A stretch of DNA of 64,000 nt from NCBI GenBank assembly GCA_032161105.1, contig JAVHTD010000006.1. One strand, 5' to 3'. Made by a program: the position numbers and the translations under genes. The notes below the pieces were generated by a model, which had not been told where the DNA came from, searched no databases, and saw only the letters and a list, made by a program, of their open reading frames with translations. Below are positions 49,423 through 59,889 of the stretch, piece after piece (the first letter of the stretch is position 1; every line of letters begins with the position of its first letter). This DNA comes from Candidatus Thermosaccharophagus tengchongensis. Lineage in GTDB: Bacteria; Armatimonadota; Fervidibacteria; Fervidibacterales; Thermosaccharophagaceae.

Positions 49423-51432
49423 GTGGCAAAATTCGGGCATCTGGAGGAAATCACCGAGATGCGGCAAAGCCATTCCGGAAAGGCGACGGAGCACTCGGAT
49501 GAAGTCGCTATTATGAGGAAAATACGCAAAAAATTGCGCGAAGAGAGGCTTTTGAGGCGCCATGTGCAATTTCTGCGCTTTTTGAAGTCACTGTGTGAGG
49601 AGAGGGAGAAAAAGGGCGAAGTTTTGAAAAAGCTCAGGCAAATGAAGACTGACTGGAGAAAACACTTGAGCAAGTGCGCCGGTATTTATGCCCCAGCATT
49701 GCCGTCAAAGGGGCAATTAATTCGCCTTCACCCATCAAGGTATGCACTCTCTGAATGGGTGCTTGAGCTCAGCGACGGCTTGCAAGTTCCGTTCATCGTT
49801 CTTTCTCCCGAATCCGCAATGAAACCATTCGCCAACATAGTGCTGATACCACCATTAGGCGAGCGGACTGGCTTGGGATGCCGAAAAGAGGATGTTTCTG
49901 AGCGTTATGGGGTTTTAATCGCCGATGCCGGCTACAGGGTTATCATACCTGACTTGCCAACATTGGCTTCCTCTAACATATCTGGAGTGAAATGGCTAAT
50001 TTTGTCCGGGAAAACTTTTGTCGGGGAAATGGCTCGTGAACTCATGTCATTAACGACATTCCTCATAAATCACGGTAGATTTAGCGAATTACCGATCGCC
50101 ATTATGGGTTGGGGGATTTCAGGTTGGGCTGGATTGATATTTGCAGCCCTTGACGAGAGGGTTTGTGGTGCATTTATTTCAATGCCGCCAAGAATGACAA
50201 TTCACGGGTATGTTCCGGGCATGTTTCGGAAATTTACATTCAACTCCGTTGGCGCGCTCGTCTCACCGAGAGTGTTGGCTTTTTCTTCAACTCTTGAGGA
50301 TTGCCTTGAGGTGGAGGGAGATATCATCAAAGCGACATATGAGGCTGAAAACGCTGAGGAAATGTATAGAAGGCTGGCATTATCGCAGCCCGAGGATTTG
50401 GTCAAATGGTTCACCGAAGAAGGCTCATTGTGGGCGCAAAACTTGCTCCAAAGGTATCATCTCAAAAATGCCGGAAAAACAGCGCCAATATTTGTCGCTG
50501 AAGCTCATGAGGCGCCTTGTGACATTTCAAAAATTAAATCGGCAGAGGAATGGGAAAATGTTTGCGGGAAATTGCGAAGGAGCTTTGTTGAGCTGCTTGG
50601 AATGGACGGCGAAAAATCCGAACCAGAGGGAATAATTGATCAACTTTGGCAAGAAGAGGGTATCATCCACGAACGCATAATTTACAAAAGCGAAAATTTC
50701 GCCAAAGTTTCGGCAGTTATGCTCAAGGGCTGCGAGGGGAAAAAGCCAACGGTAATTTGCATCCCCGGCTCAAGCCAATCGGTGGAGGACATGGCAAAAA
50801 TCATCGGGAAAGATTTGGCAAAGATTGGCATTCATTCCTTCATTGTTGACCCAAAGCCGGGCAGGTTCTCACGCATAGCCGTAGATGAGTTCATGGATGG
50901 GAAACCGATGCTCGGGCAAATGGCACAGGATGTGATCGCGGGCATTGACTACCTGCAGACAAGGGAAGATGTGGATGCAAATTCAATTGGATGCTTTGGC
51001 ATTTCAATGGGCGGGACTTTGGCATGGATTGCCGCTGCAATTGATGAACGGATAAAAGTGGCTGCCTGCGCGCTTTGCTTTTCAACCTTCGGGAAGTTGA
51101 AGGAATTGGTGCGTGACGAAAGAATTGATGGTTCGTTCCTTAGCTTCCTTGATAGCCACGGTGAGTATTACTTTGTGCCAGGCATATTGCGCCTCGGCGA
51201 ACAGGATGCCTTCATTGCGATGATTGCCCCTCGTCCACTGCTGTTGCTCGCAGCGACAAGGGATAATTGCTTTCCGTTTGATGGTGCGAAAGAGGTTTAC
51301 GAGCGCGTCAAGCGCATATACGAGCTTTATGGCGCAAATGAAAAACTCGCATTTGAGTATGCGGATGCACCGCATTCATTCACTGACGAATTCCGTATAG
51401 CGACACTGCGCTGGTTCTCAATGTGGATGTGA
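49423..51432 (+). CDS. Tandem alpha/beta-hydrolase (dienelactone hydrolase/esterase-like)
   Basis: C-terminal domain: IDYL.TR..VD...IG.FGISMGG, IAPRPLL, Asp and His positions. The N-terminal copy is degenerate. Start may be 49513. Confidence 0.8.
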   Translation: MAKFGHLEEITEMRQSHSGKATEHSDEVAIMRKIRKKLREERLLRRHVQFLRFLKSLCEEREKKGEVLKKLRQMKTDWRKHLSKCAGIYAPALPSKGQLIRLHPSRYALSEWVLELSDGLQVPFIVLSPESAMKPFANIVLIPPLGERTGLGCRKEDVSERYGVLIADAGYRVIIPDLPTLASSNISGVKWLILSGKTFVGEMARELMSLTTFLINHGRFSELPIAIMGWGISGWAGLIFAALDERVCGAFISMPPRMTIHGYVPGMFRKFTFNSVGALVSPRVLAFSSTLEDCLEVEGDIIKATYEAENAEEMYRRLALSQPEDLVKWFTEEGSLWAQNLLQRYHLKNAGKTAPIFVAEAHEAPCDISKIKSAEEWENVCGKLRRSFVELLGMDGEKSEPEGIIDQLWQEEGIIHERIIYKSENFAKVSAVMLKGCEGKKPTVICIPGSSQSVEDMAKIIGKDLAKIGIHSFIVDPKPGRFSRIAVDEFMDGKPMLGQMAQDVIAGIDYLQTREDVDANSIGCFGISMGGTLAWIAAAIDERIKVAACALCFSTFGKLKELVRDERIDGSFLSFLDSHGEYYFVPGILRLGEQDAFIAMIAPRPLLLLAATRDNCFPFDGAKEVYERVKRIYELYGANEKLAFEYADAPHSFTDEFRIATLRWFSMWM

Positions 51433-51480
51433 TGAGGCAAGGTTTGCGGCGAGCCAAAGCGCCTTTCTGTGGTTGATTTT

Positions 51481-53472
51481 TCAAGCAACTGGTGGGCGCA
51501 TGATGAGGTGGCGCGCTATCATGGCGCTTTCCGAGATGGGCAATGGCAGGTCCTCAATTTGCCGCAGTGCTTCGGCAGCCTGTAAGATGAGCCTTTGCAA
51601 ATCGCCCTCATCAGCGTCGGCGCGCATGACAAGCCTATCCCAATCAACTCCCATTGCCCATGCGTAGACACATGCAGCCCTTCTCTCGGCATCGCCAAAT
51701 GGCTTTCCGCGCTCACCAAACTCGCTTGCGAATCCAGATGGCTCAATCCCAAATGCGTCTTCAAGCACTTCAATTTCAAAGGCAAGCTCAGCAAGCTTTT
51801 CCAAGTTCACCCGCACAGCTAATGCCCTCGGTGAGCGTTCAGTTGTGAGTGCCGCTGCCCAACCAGCCAACTCCTCAGGCGACAGTTCGTCGCACAAGCC
51901 CCTCCTTATCGCCTCAATGGCAAATAGCGAACGCTCATGCCTGATGAGCAGCGCCCATTGCCCAACACTTGTAAGTTGCATGCTGCTGTCAAGGTAGCCC
52001 AACTCTTGAAGCAACCTTGCTCGCCGCTTGAATTGCTCCCTTATCTCATGCCTTTTCCTTCTGCCCTTGCGATGGCTTCGCTTGCTCCATTGGTAAACTG
52101 CCAAGCTCTTTTCAAGTATTGCTATTGCGTCATCGTAGCTGTAGCGAGAGAGCAAATTTAGCACCTGATAATAGTGCACTCTGAATGCGGACTCAAGCGC
52201 CTCAGGCTTTGATTCAATCAGGCGCAACGCAAGTTCAATGTCGCCAGTGCTCCTCGGAATGATGAGCACAAAGCCGACTTTATCCTTGCCGCGCCTGCCA
52301 GCCCTGCCCGTCATCTGATGGAATTCAAGGGCGCTCAATGGGCGCCACCCATAGTCATCCCTCGTTATGAGTGTCGGGAGCACAACTGTTCTTGCCGGGA
52401 CATCCAAGCCAGCCGCAAGCGTTGTCGTTGCAAAGACAGCTTTGATTAGTCCCTCTCTGAGCATCCTTTCAACCATAACCTTCCACGATGTGAGATGACC
52501 AGCGTGATGCGGTGCAACGCCGGCTTTGATGAGTTGCGGCAAGAGCGGGTGGTGTGCGATCCTTTCGTTCTCCTCAATCACTCCCCTGACAAACTCCTCT
52601 CGCTCCTTTGTGCCATCCATAGAAAAGCCCTTGAATGCGAATGCTGCCTTATCGCAATCCCTGCGCCTCGGAAGAAAGATGATGGCAGGTAGCAAGCCCC
52701 AAGCACGCAATGATGCTACGATTCCAACAATGTCAATGCTGCGATGGATGAGCCTTTTAGCGCTGCGCGGGCTTATCTCTTTATCACATGGCAATGGTCT
52801 TCCATCCCTATCAATGAAGCCGTAGCGCAGCGGCACGGGGCGCTCCTTAGCCATAACAACTGACGGTTTTCTCCCCCTAACATGCTCCATCCAGTTGGCT
52901 ATCTCATTTGCGTTTGAGATTGTAGCCGACAGCAAGAGCAAACGGCTCTCCTGTGGCGCAAGTATAACAACTTCCTCCCATGTCGTCCCCCTCTCCGGAT
53001 CGGCGATGTAATGTGCCTCGTCAAGCACAATCAAATCCGGCGCATCAAAACCGGTGTAAAGGGCATTTCTTAAAACTTCGGTTGTGGCGACAATTATTGG
53101 TGCGCCAGTGTTCTCACGCCTCTCACCAGTTATCAAGCCCACATTCTCGCGCCCGAACAGATCGCTGAACGAGTCATACTTCTGGTTTGAAAGGGCTTTT
53201 AGCGGCGTCGTATACCAACATTTCTTGCCCTCATTCAACCATCTCCGCATAGCCTGTTCAGCAATCCATGTTTTACCGCTCCCTGTCGGCGCAACTACGA
53301 TGACATCGTTGTGTGCTATCTCATTCAACGCCTGTTCCTGAAATGGCGATGGCTTAAACGGCTCCGGTTCGGGTTCACCCATCCCCTCAAGGAAGCGTAA
53401 GGCGATCTCGTCAAGTCGCCCTTTGACCTTAAACTGTCTCTTTCGTTTTGAACGCTTCACTCGGTTGCCCAC
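51481..53472 (-). CDS. Ski2/HelY-like DExH-box RNA helicase
   Basis: APTGSGKT, TTPLKALSNQK, DEAH, LSAT, HHAG, QMTGRAGRRG, DSHCT-like DEGD..R. Confidence 0.9.
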   Translation of the reverse strand: MGNRVKRSKRKRQFKVKGRLDEIALRFLEGMGEPEPEPFKPSPFQEQALNEIAHNDVIVVAPTGSGKTWIAEQAMRRWLNEGKKCWYTTPLKALSNQKYDSFSDLFGRENVGLITGERRENTGAPIIVATTEVLRNALYTGFDAPDLIVLDEAHYIADPERGTTWEEVVILAPQESRLLLLSATISNANEIANWMEHVRGRKPSVVMAKERPVPLRYGFIDRDGRPLPCDKEISPRSAKRLIHRSIDIVGIVASLRAWGLLPAIIFLPRRRDCDKAAFAFKGFSMDGTKEREEFVRGVIEENERIAHHPLLPQLIKAGVAPHHAGHLTSWKVMVERMLREGLIKAVFATTTLAAGLDVPARTVVLPTLITRDDYGWRPLSALEFHQMTGRAGRRGKDKVGFVLIIPRSTGDIELALRLIESKPEALESAFRVHYYQVLNLLSRYSYDDAIAILEKSLAVYQWSKRSHRKGRRKRHEIREQFKRRARLLQELGYLDSSMQLTSVGQWALLIRHERSLFAIEAIRRGLCDELSPEELAGWAAALTTERSPRALAVRVNLEKLAELAFEIEVLEDAFGIEPSGFASEFGERGKPFGDAERRAACVYAWAMGVDWDRLVMRADADEGDLQRLILQAAEALRQIEDLPLPISESAMIARHLIMRPPVA

Positions 53473-53542
53473 CTTTTCCCCTCACCGTCCTTAGCGGGGC
53501 GCGCATCGTGGAACGCTTTGGCGACCACGGTGAATGTCGGCA

Positions 53543-54556
53543 TCAAACAATACCGGCGGAGAGCAAGTCTTGGACATCAAGCATTCCGATTGGATGACCA
53601 TCCTCGTCAATCACCGGAAGGTCATCAATTGAGTGCAGCTGCATCAGGCGCAATGCCTCCGTTGCGAGCGCATCGGGAGATATCGTTTTCGGGTTGCTCG
53701 TCATGACATTCGTTATCGGCTCGTTGAGCACATTGATGTCCTTTAAGACAGCACGCCTCATATCGCCATCCGTGACTATGCCCATCAACCTGTCATTGTC
53801 ATCAACAACGACACACGCACCAGCGCGAGCCTTCGTTATTGCGGCATATGCCATTATCGCCGGCTGGTCATACTTGACCTTTGCAAGTCTATCGCCTGTG
53901 CGCATCAAGTCCCTCACCCTCAAAAGCAACCTCCTTCCGAGAGTGCCACCAGGATGAAAGCGCGCAAAATCCTCTTTGGTGAACCGCTTCAACTTCATTG
54001 TGGCGAGCGCTAATGCATCACCTATGGCGAGCGAGAGTGTCGTTGATGCGGTCGGAGCAAGATTTAAAGGGCACGCCTCACGCTCAACCGAGATGTCAAT
54101 GACGACATCGGAATGCCGCGCAAGAAGCGAATGCCTGTTTGCTGTTAGCGCTATTATTGGCACATCAACGCGCTTCAGTGCCGGCAAAAGCAAACGAAGC
54201 TCATCTGACTCGCCGCTGTATGAGATTGCGATAAGCAGGTCGTCGGCAGTGACAGCACCTATGTCACCATGCACCCCTTCAGCCGGGTGAAGGAAAAGTG
54301 CCGGTGTGCCAGTGCTGCACAGGGTTGCCGCAATCTTGCGCGCAATTGCTCCCGACTTACCTATGCCGGTGACAACCACCTTACCCTTGCAACTCAAAAT
54401 CATGTTTACTGCCTTAACGAACTCATCGCCAATGCGTTCCATTGCTGCAAGTATTGCCTCAGCCTCCGTGCGCATTACATCCCTTGCAAACTCTATCACA
54501 TCTTTTGGCGCATGCTCTTCATCCACCTGCATCTTTGGCTGTTCACTTGGCGGCAT
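53543..54556 (-). CDS. kdsD: KpsF/GutQ arabinose-5-phosphate isomerase (SIS + two CBS)
   Basis: TGIGKSG, HPAEGVHGD.G, EACPLNLAPTAST, FHPGG.LG; ATG 54556 after GAGGTG. Confidence 0.9.
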   Translation of the reverse strand: MPPSEQPKMQVDEEHAPKDVIEFARDVMRTEAEAILAAMERIGDEFVKAVNMILSCKGKVVVTGIGKSGAIARKIAATLCSTGTPALFLHPAEGVHGDIGAVTADDLLIAISYSGESDELRLLLPALKRVDVPIIALTANRHSLLARHSDVVIDISVEREACPLNLAPTASTTLSLAIGDALALATMKLKRFTKEDFARFHPGGTLGRRLLLRVRDLMRTGDRLAKVKYDQPAIMAYAAITKARAGACVVVDDNDRLMGIVTDGDMRRAVLKDINVLNEPITNVMTSNPKTISPDALATEALRLMQLHSIDDLPVIDEDGHPIGMLDVQDLLSAGIV

Positions 54557-54653
54557 CCTTTGCTTCACCTCGCCCACGCAGGACGAGAACACAGCTTGGG
54601 CAATTACGAGGTGAGTAAAAGACACGGCGTGGCATGCAGCTTGTCCGCTCAAT

Positions 54654-56789
54654 TTAACGCTTCCCTTTCAATGCACCCCTTCTTGGTCCGACCGTGCTCA
54701 GGTCAATTGGCTCAAAGCCGAGTTTGAGCGCGGGTGATTGCGCTTTCAACCTGAAATCATATTTGGCAGCGTCAACGAACATCGGATCGGATATAATGCT
54801 CTCTTTGTCCATGCCCTTTTCCCGCCATTGTTGCCATGTCAAATTGCCAAACTTTATTTCGCCGCCATCCTCACGCCAGTATATGTTGCGCTCAAAGGCG
54901 AAGTTGAAATCAATCCCGCCAACAAGCCACCTCTCGCCCCTTCCGATGACGATGTTCCTTTCAAACCTGAAGCGCAGGTGTCCCTCAGGACGGCTGGCTT
55001 GAAGTTGATGGTCTCTCGCATACGCAAAGATATTGTTGCGCACGATGTTCTCCCGCCCGTAGTGTTGATGGAAGCCGCCATGTGTCGTGTTGTAGACGAT
55101 GTTTCGCTCAGCCACTATCCCAGTTGAACCCTCATCAAAGTAGATTCCCCATCCGCCGTAGCGCAGCCCGTAGATGTCGTGGAAAAGGTTGTTTCTTATC
55201 ACGGTGCCGTGTTGAATTCCGAGGGTGTATATTGCCCCCATGTCGCTGAGTATCGGTCCATCGCCGTCGGTGCGCTTCCCAATATGATGCACATGATTAA
55301 ACTCAACGACATTCCCACCGGCGAGCGAATTCCCATATCCCCATGTCCAACCTATGCTTATGCCGGTGTAGTAAAAGTTGGCTATCTCATTGTGCGCAAT
55401 CACATTGTTGTAACTTTGCCCAATCCAAATCCCAACGGCGCTGTGAAACATCAATCCGCCGTCTCGTATAATGCAATTCGTCACCTCGTTGCCGAATGTT
55501 TGTTCAGCCTTGTCTTCCCTTATCCTTGTCTCGCCGATCTTTACACCGCCGGCACCGATGTCGTAAATGTCACAACCATTCAATCTGTTGTTGTGGCAGC
55601 CCCTCGCAATCTCAACCCCATAGTTTCCGATATGGGCAACAGTGCACTCCTCAAGCGAGCAATTTAGTGCGCCTTCAAAACAGACTGCGCCGGGCACCTC
55701 AACGGCTGCTTGTGCAAACCCGCCAACATCGCTACCCCTTTTGCTCGCTTCAGGAAAATACCATTCGGTGTGTGAGAATGTTATCCTGCGAAGTGTTATG
55801 TGCTCAACGAAGAGACCTGCCTTCGGTTCCCCAACTACCCTTAGGACTTGAGTTAGAAACGGAGCAATGACTTCGGCATTGCGCATGTCTTCGCCGTCCC
55901 TCGGAATGTAGTAGATCACGCCCGCCCGTCTGTCCAAGAACCATTCGCCGGGTTCGTCAAGGAGTTCAAGGGCATGCTCAACATAATACGGGTCGCCAGC
56001 ATCAAGATGGAATACGGAGCGTTTGGCGAAGCTGACGATGCGCTGCCCCTCATCAACTTCAACGATTGGCAGGCGTGATTCAACCCAACGGTTCATCACC
56101 ACAACCTCAGCATCACTTGCCGTGCTCCATGCCTTAATGTCACCATCTGCAAACCTAAATCGCTTTTGCCCCATGAACCAATTCCCCGTTTTGTCCATCA
56201 CCTCGGCGACATTCAAATAGCCGCTATTTGGGTGACGCGCTCGCCTTGCTCGCTTTCCATTAACCCACAGCTGCCTGAAAAACCATCTGCCATCCTTCAC
56301 CTCTGGGATTTGTGCAGCCCAAACCTCAACGGGCTTTTCCCTGAGTTGTTCGGGCAATTCGCCCGCGCTCAACCTGCGCCATCCGGCAATCCTTCTCCCG
56401 CCGCTCAAGATGGGCTTTTCATCTCCGTATGCGCATATGGTCAGCTTGCATTGCTCATTTCCGGAATGCTCCGGCGTTATGAGTATTGGCTCGTTGAGAA
56501 AGTAAGTTCCACCGCGAAGTTGTATTGTGACAGGCTGTCGGAGCATTCCGCCAAAATCCGCCCTCAGCCTCTTGACCTCGTCCAAAGCCCTTTGAAGTGT
56601 CGCAAACGGTCCGTCTGTCTTTCTCGCGTTTGGTGATGGCAGCTTGCCGCTCCATTTATCGTTGCCACTTGGAGAAACATAAAGCACTATGCCTTTCGCT
56701 TGTCCGCCTCGTGCGCCAACGGCAGTTGAGGCAAGTAGCGACATCGCCCCTAAGCACATCCCAACCGCTGCAGTTATGTTCATTTCCAT
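54654..56789 (-). CDS. Secreted right-handed beta-helix glycoside hydrolase-like protein (GH141-like)
   Basis: Signal peptide, YVSP.GND.WSG..DGPFATL, LDEPGEWF, YTGISIGWTWGY, DMGAIYTLG, WGIYFDEG. Confidence 0.8.
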   Translation of the reverse strand: MEMNITAAVGMCLGAMSLLASTAVGARGGQAKGIVLYVSPSGNDKWSGKLPSPNARKTDGPFATLQRALDEVKRLRADFGGMLRQPVTIQLRGGTYFLNEPILITPEHSGNEQCKLTICAYGDEKPILSGGRRIAGWRRLSAGELPEQLREKPVEVWAAQIPEVKDGRWFFRQLWVNGKRARRARHPNSGYLNVAEVMDKTGNWFMGQKRFRFADGDIKAWSTASDAEVVVMNRWVESRLPIVEVDEGQRIVSFAKRSVFHLDAGDPYYVEHALELLDEPGEWFLDRRAGVIYYIPRDGEDMRNAEVIAPFLTQVLRVVGEPKAGLFVEHITLRRITFSHTEWYFPEASKRGSDVGGFAQAAVEVPGAVCFEGALNCSLEECTVAHIGNYGVEIARGCHNNRLNGCDIYDIGAGGVKIGETRIREDKAEQTFGNEVTNCIIRDGGLMFHSAVGIWIGQSYNNVIAHNEIANFYYTGISIGWTWGYGNSLAGGNVVEFNHVHHIGKRTDGDGPILSDMGAIYTLGIQHGTVIRNNLFHDIYGLRYGGWGIYFDEGSTGIVAERNIVYNTTHGGFHQHYGRENIVRNNIFAYARDHQLQASRPEGHLRFRFERNIVIGRGERWLVGGIDFNFAFERNIYWREDGGEIKFGNLTWQQWREKGMDKESIISDPMFVDAAKYDFRLKAQSPALKLGFEPIDLSTVGPRRGALKGKR

Positions 56790-57142
56790 CACCCCTCGCC
56801 TGAATTTGTCACATCATCTTTGCTCGCCATTTGCCCCACGCTTTTGACCCATGTTCGCACATAGAGTAGCATCACAACACCGGGAATGGAAACGGCTAAA
56901 GCCAACGCTATGCGCACGCTTTCACTCTGGGCAGCTTCCCCGAGCGCCAAAATGAGACCGTGCCAGACAACCCAACCGGCAATGAGCAGACCATACAGGG
57001 CAAATTGCAGTTTGACCCATTGAACTGCCAATGCTTTGAATTCGCGAGGGCTGCTGCAGCAACCTTTGAGCAGCATGAAGACAAACAGGTTTATGCATCC
57101 GATGCTCACAGCCGCTGCAATTGCTATGCCGATAAAGCGCAT
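56789..57142 (-). CDS. Small membrane protein (three TM helices)
   Basis: Three hydrophobic segments; stop overlaps the next start. Confidence 0.65.
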   Translation of the reverse strand: MRFIGIAIAAAVSIGCINLFVFMLLKGCCSSPREFKALAVQWVKLQFALYGLLIAGWVVWHGLILALGEAAQSESVRIALALAVSIPGVVMLLYVRTWVKSVGQMASKDDVTNSGEG

Positions 57143-57229
57143 TCGTCTCTCACCGCCAAAGTTGAGCCACAATGTAGGTTAGCGTTATGCCAACCATTTT
57201 GTCCATCAAACTTGCGCCGATAGCTCAGG

Positions 57230-58084
57230 ATGGTGACCGAACAGATGTGTGCGCCCTTAAACTTACGCCATTGGCTTTGTGGTGTTGGCTGCTTGCCATT
57301 CATCATAGCGTTGTTGCTCCCTGTGCTTCAGCCATCACAGTGCGTGGCTGAGCAAGCGGTATATGGCGATGTCATCATTGCCCCTTTCACATTTGACTTT
57401 GATGCATCGCTTTGGAAAGGCAAGCTCACAGGGCTCGCAGAAGATGTGCTTTCATCATCTGGCTTGTCGCTCATATCGCACGAGCAAGTTGAGCAGGAGT
57501 TGGCATTGATGGGTGCAACTTTACCGCTCTCAAGGGAGCAGCTTGTTGAGCTTTCCGAAAGGCTGAGGGTTAGAGCATGCGTTGAGGTGATTGGCTCGTT
57601 GCAAAGGGCTGGTTCATCAAAGCGCAGTTTGATTGTTTGTGCGCGATGGCTTGATGTGAGCTTGCGCCTGTTCACACGCGGCGGCATCTCAAAATGTGAT
57701 GTTGGGGATGCTGAAGCATTCATCTCCTCAAGCGAACCGCCGGAGCCCCTCCAAAGGGCTGTTAGAGAAGCCATCTTGGCGATGCTGCGAAGCCAGCCGG
57801 TGCGCTCGCAAGTCCAATTGCAACTTCAAGGTGGCTCAATCTACATCACGGGTGGAAGAAAAGCTGGCTGGAGGAAGGGAATGGATGTGGCGATATGCCG
57901 CCGGACATACAACCGTGAGCTCAAGAGGGTTGAGTGGCAGCTCATCGGGTTTGCCCGAATAACGACTGTAGAGACATTGCACGCTGTTGCGCGCCCAGTT
58001 GGGTCGCGCTTCTCAACGCGCAATCCCGACGAAGCCATCTCGCTCTTTGTAGTCCCAAAGGAGCTTTCGCATTTGGCGAGGTGA
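57230..58084 (+). CDS. Secreted hypothetical protein (CsgG/FlgT-like alpha-beta domain plus beta domain)
   Basis: Signal peptide; C-terminal IYITGG...GWRKGM pattern resembles FlgT-C. Confidence 0.5.
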   Translation: MVTEQMCAPLNLRHWLCGVGCLPFIIALLLPVLQPSQCVAEQAVYGDVIIAPFTFDFDASLWKGKLTGLAEDVLSSSGLSLISHEQVEQELALMGATLPLSREQLVELSERLRVRACVEVIGSLQRAGSSKRSLIVCARWLDVSLRLFTRGGISKCDVGDAEAFISSSEPPEPLQRAVREAILAMLRSQPVRSQVQLQLQGGSIYITGGRKAGWRKGMDVAICRRTYNRELKRVEWQLIGFARITTVETLHAVARPVGSRFSTRNPDEAISLFVVPKELSHLAR

Positions 58085-58125
58085 AGGTTTTGGGGCAAAC
58101 CATCTTCACGCTGGGGGTGTGAAGT

Positions 58126-58815
58126 GTGCTCAGGGCGATCATCTTTGACTGCGATGGCGTTCTTGCCGACACTGAACGCATCCATTGGCAGGCGTTCAAT
58201 GAGGTGCTTTCGCAACTCGGCTTGCACATGAGTTGGGATGAATATGTTGAGCGCTATCTGGCTTACGATGACCCAACTTGCTTTCGCGCCTTCCTGAGCG
58301 ATGTCGGATACGCACACGATGATTCGCTCATTGAAGGGCTTGTTCGTCAGAAGCGGCGCATGTTGAGCGAGCGTTCCAATGCCATCACGATAGCCGCCTA
58401 TCCCGGTGTGGTTGAATTTGTGACCGAAGCGGCAAAGCGCTATCACATTGCTGTTGCATCCGGCGCAGCCAGAAGCGAAATATTGATGGTGCTAAAAGCG
58501 CTCTCCATTTCCGACCTCTTCAAAGTCATTGTCTCATCCGAGGATGTGGCTCATGGCAAACCGCACCCTGAGCCATTCATCAAAGCCATGGAGCGGTTGA
58601 ATGAGGAACTCAAACTGAATCCGCCACTTGAGCCGAGCGAATGCATCGCTGTTGAAGACTCAATTCACGGTGTGCGTTCGGCGAAGGCAGCGGGGATGTG
58701 GTGTCTGGCTGTGACGAACACATATCCGAGGGAGATGTTGGGCGAGGCAGATTTTGTGGTTGATGAGTTGAGTGCGAGCTTGATTGAACATCTTGATGAG
58801 CGCATTCGGCGGTGA
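58126..58815 (+). CDS. HAD-family phosphatase (beta-PGM/CbbY-like)
   Basis: FDCDGVLADT, ASG, KPHP, EDS..G..SA..AGM. Confidence 0.92.
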   Translation: MLRAIIFDCDGVLADTERIHWQAFNEVLSQLGLHMSWDEYVERYLAYDDPTCFRAFLSDVGYAHDDSLIEGLVRQKRRMLSERSNAITIAAYPGVVEFVTEAAKRYHIAVASGAARSEILMVLKALSISDLFKVIVSSEDVAHGKPHPEPFIKAMERLNEELKLNPPLEPSECIAVEDSIHGVRSAKAAGMWCLAVTNTYPREMLGEADFVVDELSASLIEHLDERIRR

Positions 58816-58821
58816 AAGCAT

Positions 58822-59784
58822 ATGCGCATCCAAATGCCGTCAAGCGCGAATCGCATCATCACGGTGACACCCAATCCGGCGCTTGATAAGACGCTCGTCG
58901 TTGGTGAGTTCGTTGAAAGGGGCGTGGTTAGAGTCCGCGAAGTTTTTCAGTATCCATCTGGCAAGGGATTGAATGTCTCAAGGGCTATAGCGCGCCTTGG
59001 CGGAAAATCCATCGCAACCGGCTTCCTCGGCGGACCAATCGGAAAGTGGATTGAGGAGGGTTTGATGGCTGAGGGCATTGAATGCGATTTCGTCTTCGTC
59101 AAGGCGTGCACGCGCACATCAACAACCGTAAGGTGCGATGCGATGGGAATTGAAGTCCACATCGTTGAGCCCGGCGAGCGGATTGAGCTGGATGAAGTTG
59201 AGCGGCTTTTTGCGAAGCTCAAAATGTATGCCGGTGAGGATAGCATCTTCATCTTCTGTGGCAGCTTGCCACCGGGCGTTTCGGATGACTTTTACAGGCG
59301 CTGCATTGAGTGCGTTCAATCCGAGGGCGCAATTGCGCTTCTTGATGCGTCGGGTAAGCCACTATCTGCGGCGCTAAGCTCATCGCCATTCCTCGTAAAG
59401 CCAAATGAGGAGGAGCTGAGCGAGGCGCTCGGTGTTGAGTTTCACGATGACTTAAAGCTTGCGGAGGCAATTGAAAGGCTGCTCTCTTGCGGCATAAGGT
59501 GCGCGGTCGTATCGCAAGGTGAGCGTGGCGCAATCGGCGGGTGCGAGGATGGCATCTGGCGTGCCGTGCCGCCGGCGGTGAATGCCGTCAACACAATCGG
59601 GAGCGGTGATGCCATGCTCGGCGGAATTGCATATGCGCTCTGTCAAGGGATGAGGTTTGAGGAGATGCTACGCTTCGGCGTGGCTGCCGGGACGGCAAAT
59701 GTCCTCGTTGACGGACCGTGTTACTTTGACCGAGAGTGTGTCCTTGAAATTTACCGAGCCGTCAAACTTGAGCGCATCGCTTGA
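58822..59784 (+). CDS. 1-phosphofructokinase-family hexose kinase (PfkB family)
   Basis: TPNPALD, GKGLNVSR, GSLPPG, KPNEEE, NTIGSGD. Confidence 0.9.
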   Translation: MRIQMPSSANRIITVTPNPALDKTLVVGEFVERGVVRVREVFQYPSGKGLNVSRAIARLGGKSIATGFLGGPIGKWIEEGLMAEGIECDFVFVKACTRTSTTVRCDAMGIEVHIVEPGERIELDEVERLFAKLKMYAGEDSIFIFCGSLPPGVSDDFYRRCIECVQSEGAIALLDASGKPLSAALSSSPFLVKPNEEELSEALGVEFHDDLKLAEAIERLLSCGIRCAVVSQGERGAIGGCEDGIWRAVPPAVNAVNTIGSGDAMLGGIAYALCQGMRFEEMLRFGVAAGTANVLVDGPCYFDRECVLEIYRAVKLERIA

Positions 59785-59889
59785 TGAGAACTATCCCTCG
59801 TATGCTGAAACTCGCGGCATTGAGCACCTTGAGAGGCATCGCCAATTTTACTTGGCAGCAATGGCTCGCCAGTCAATCTTGGGGCGAGT

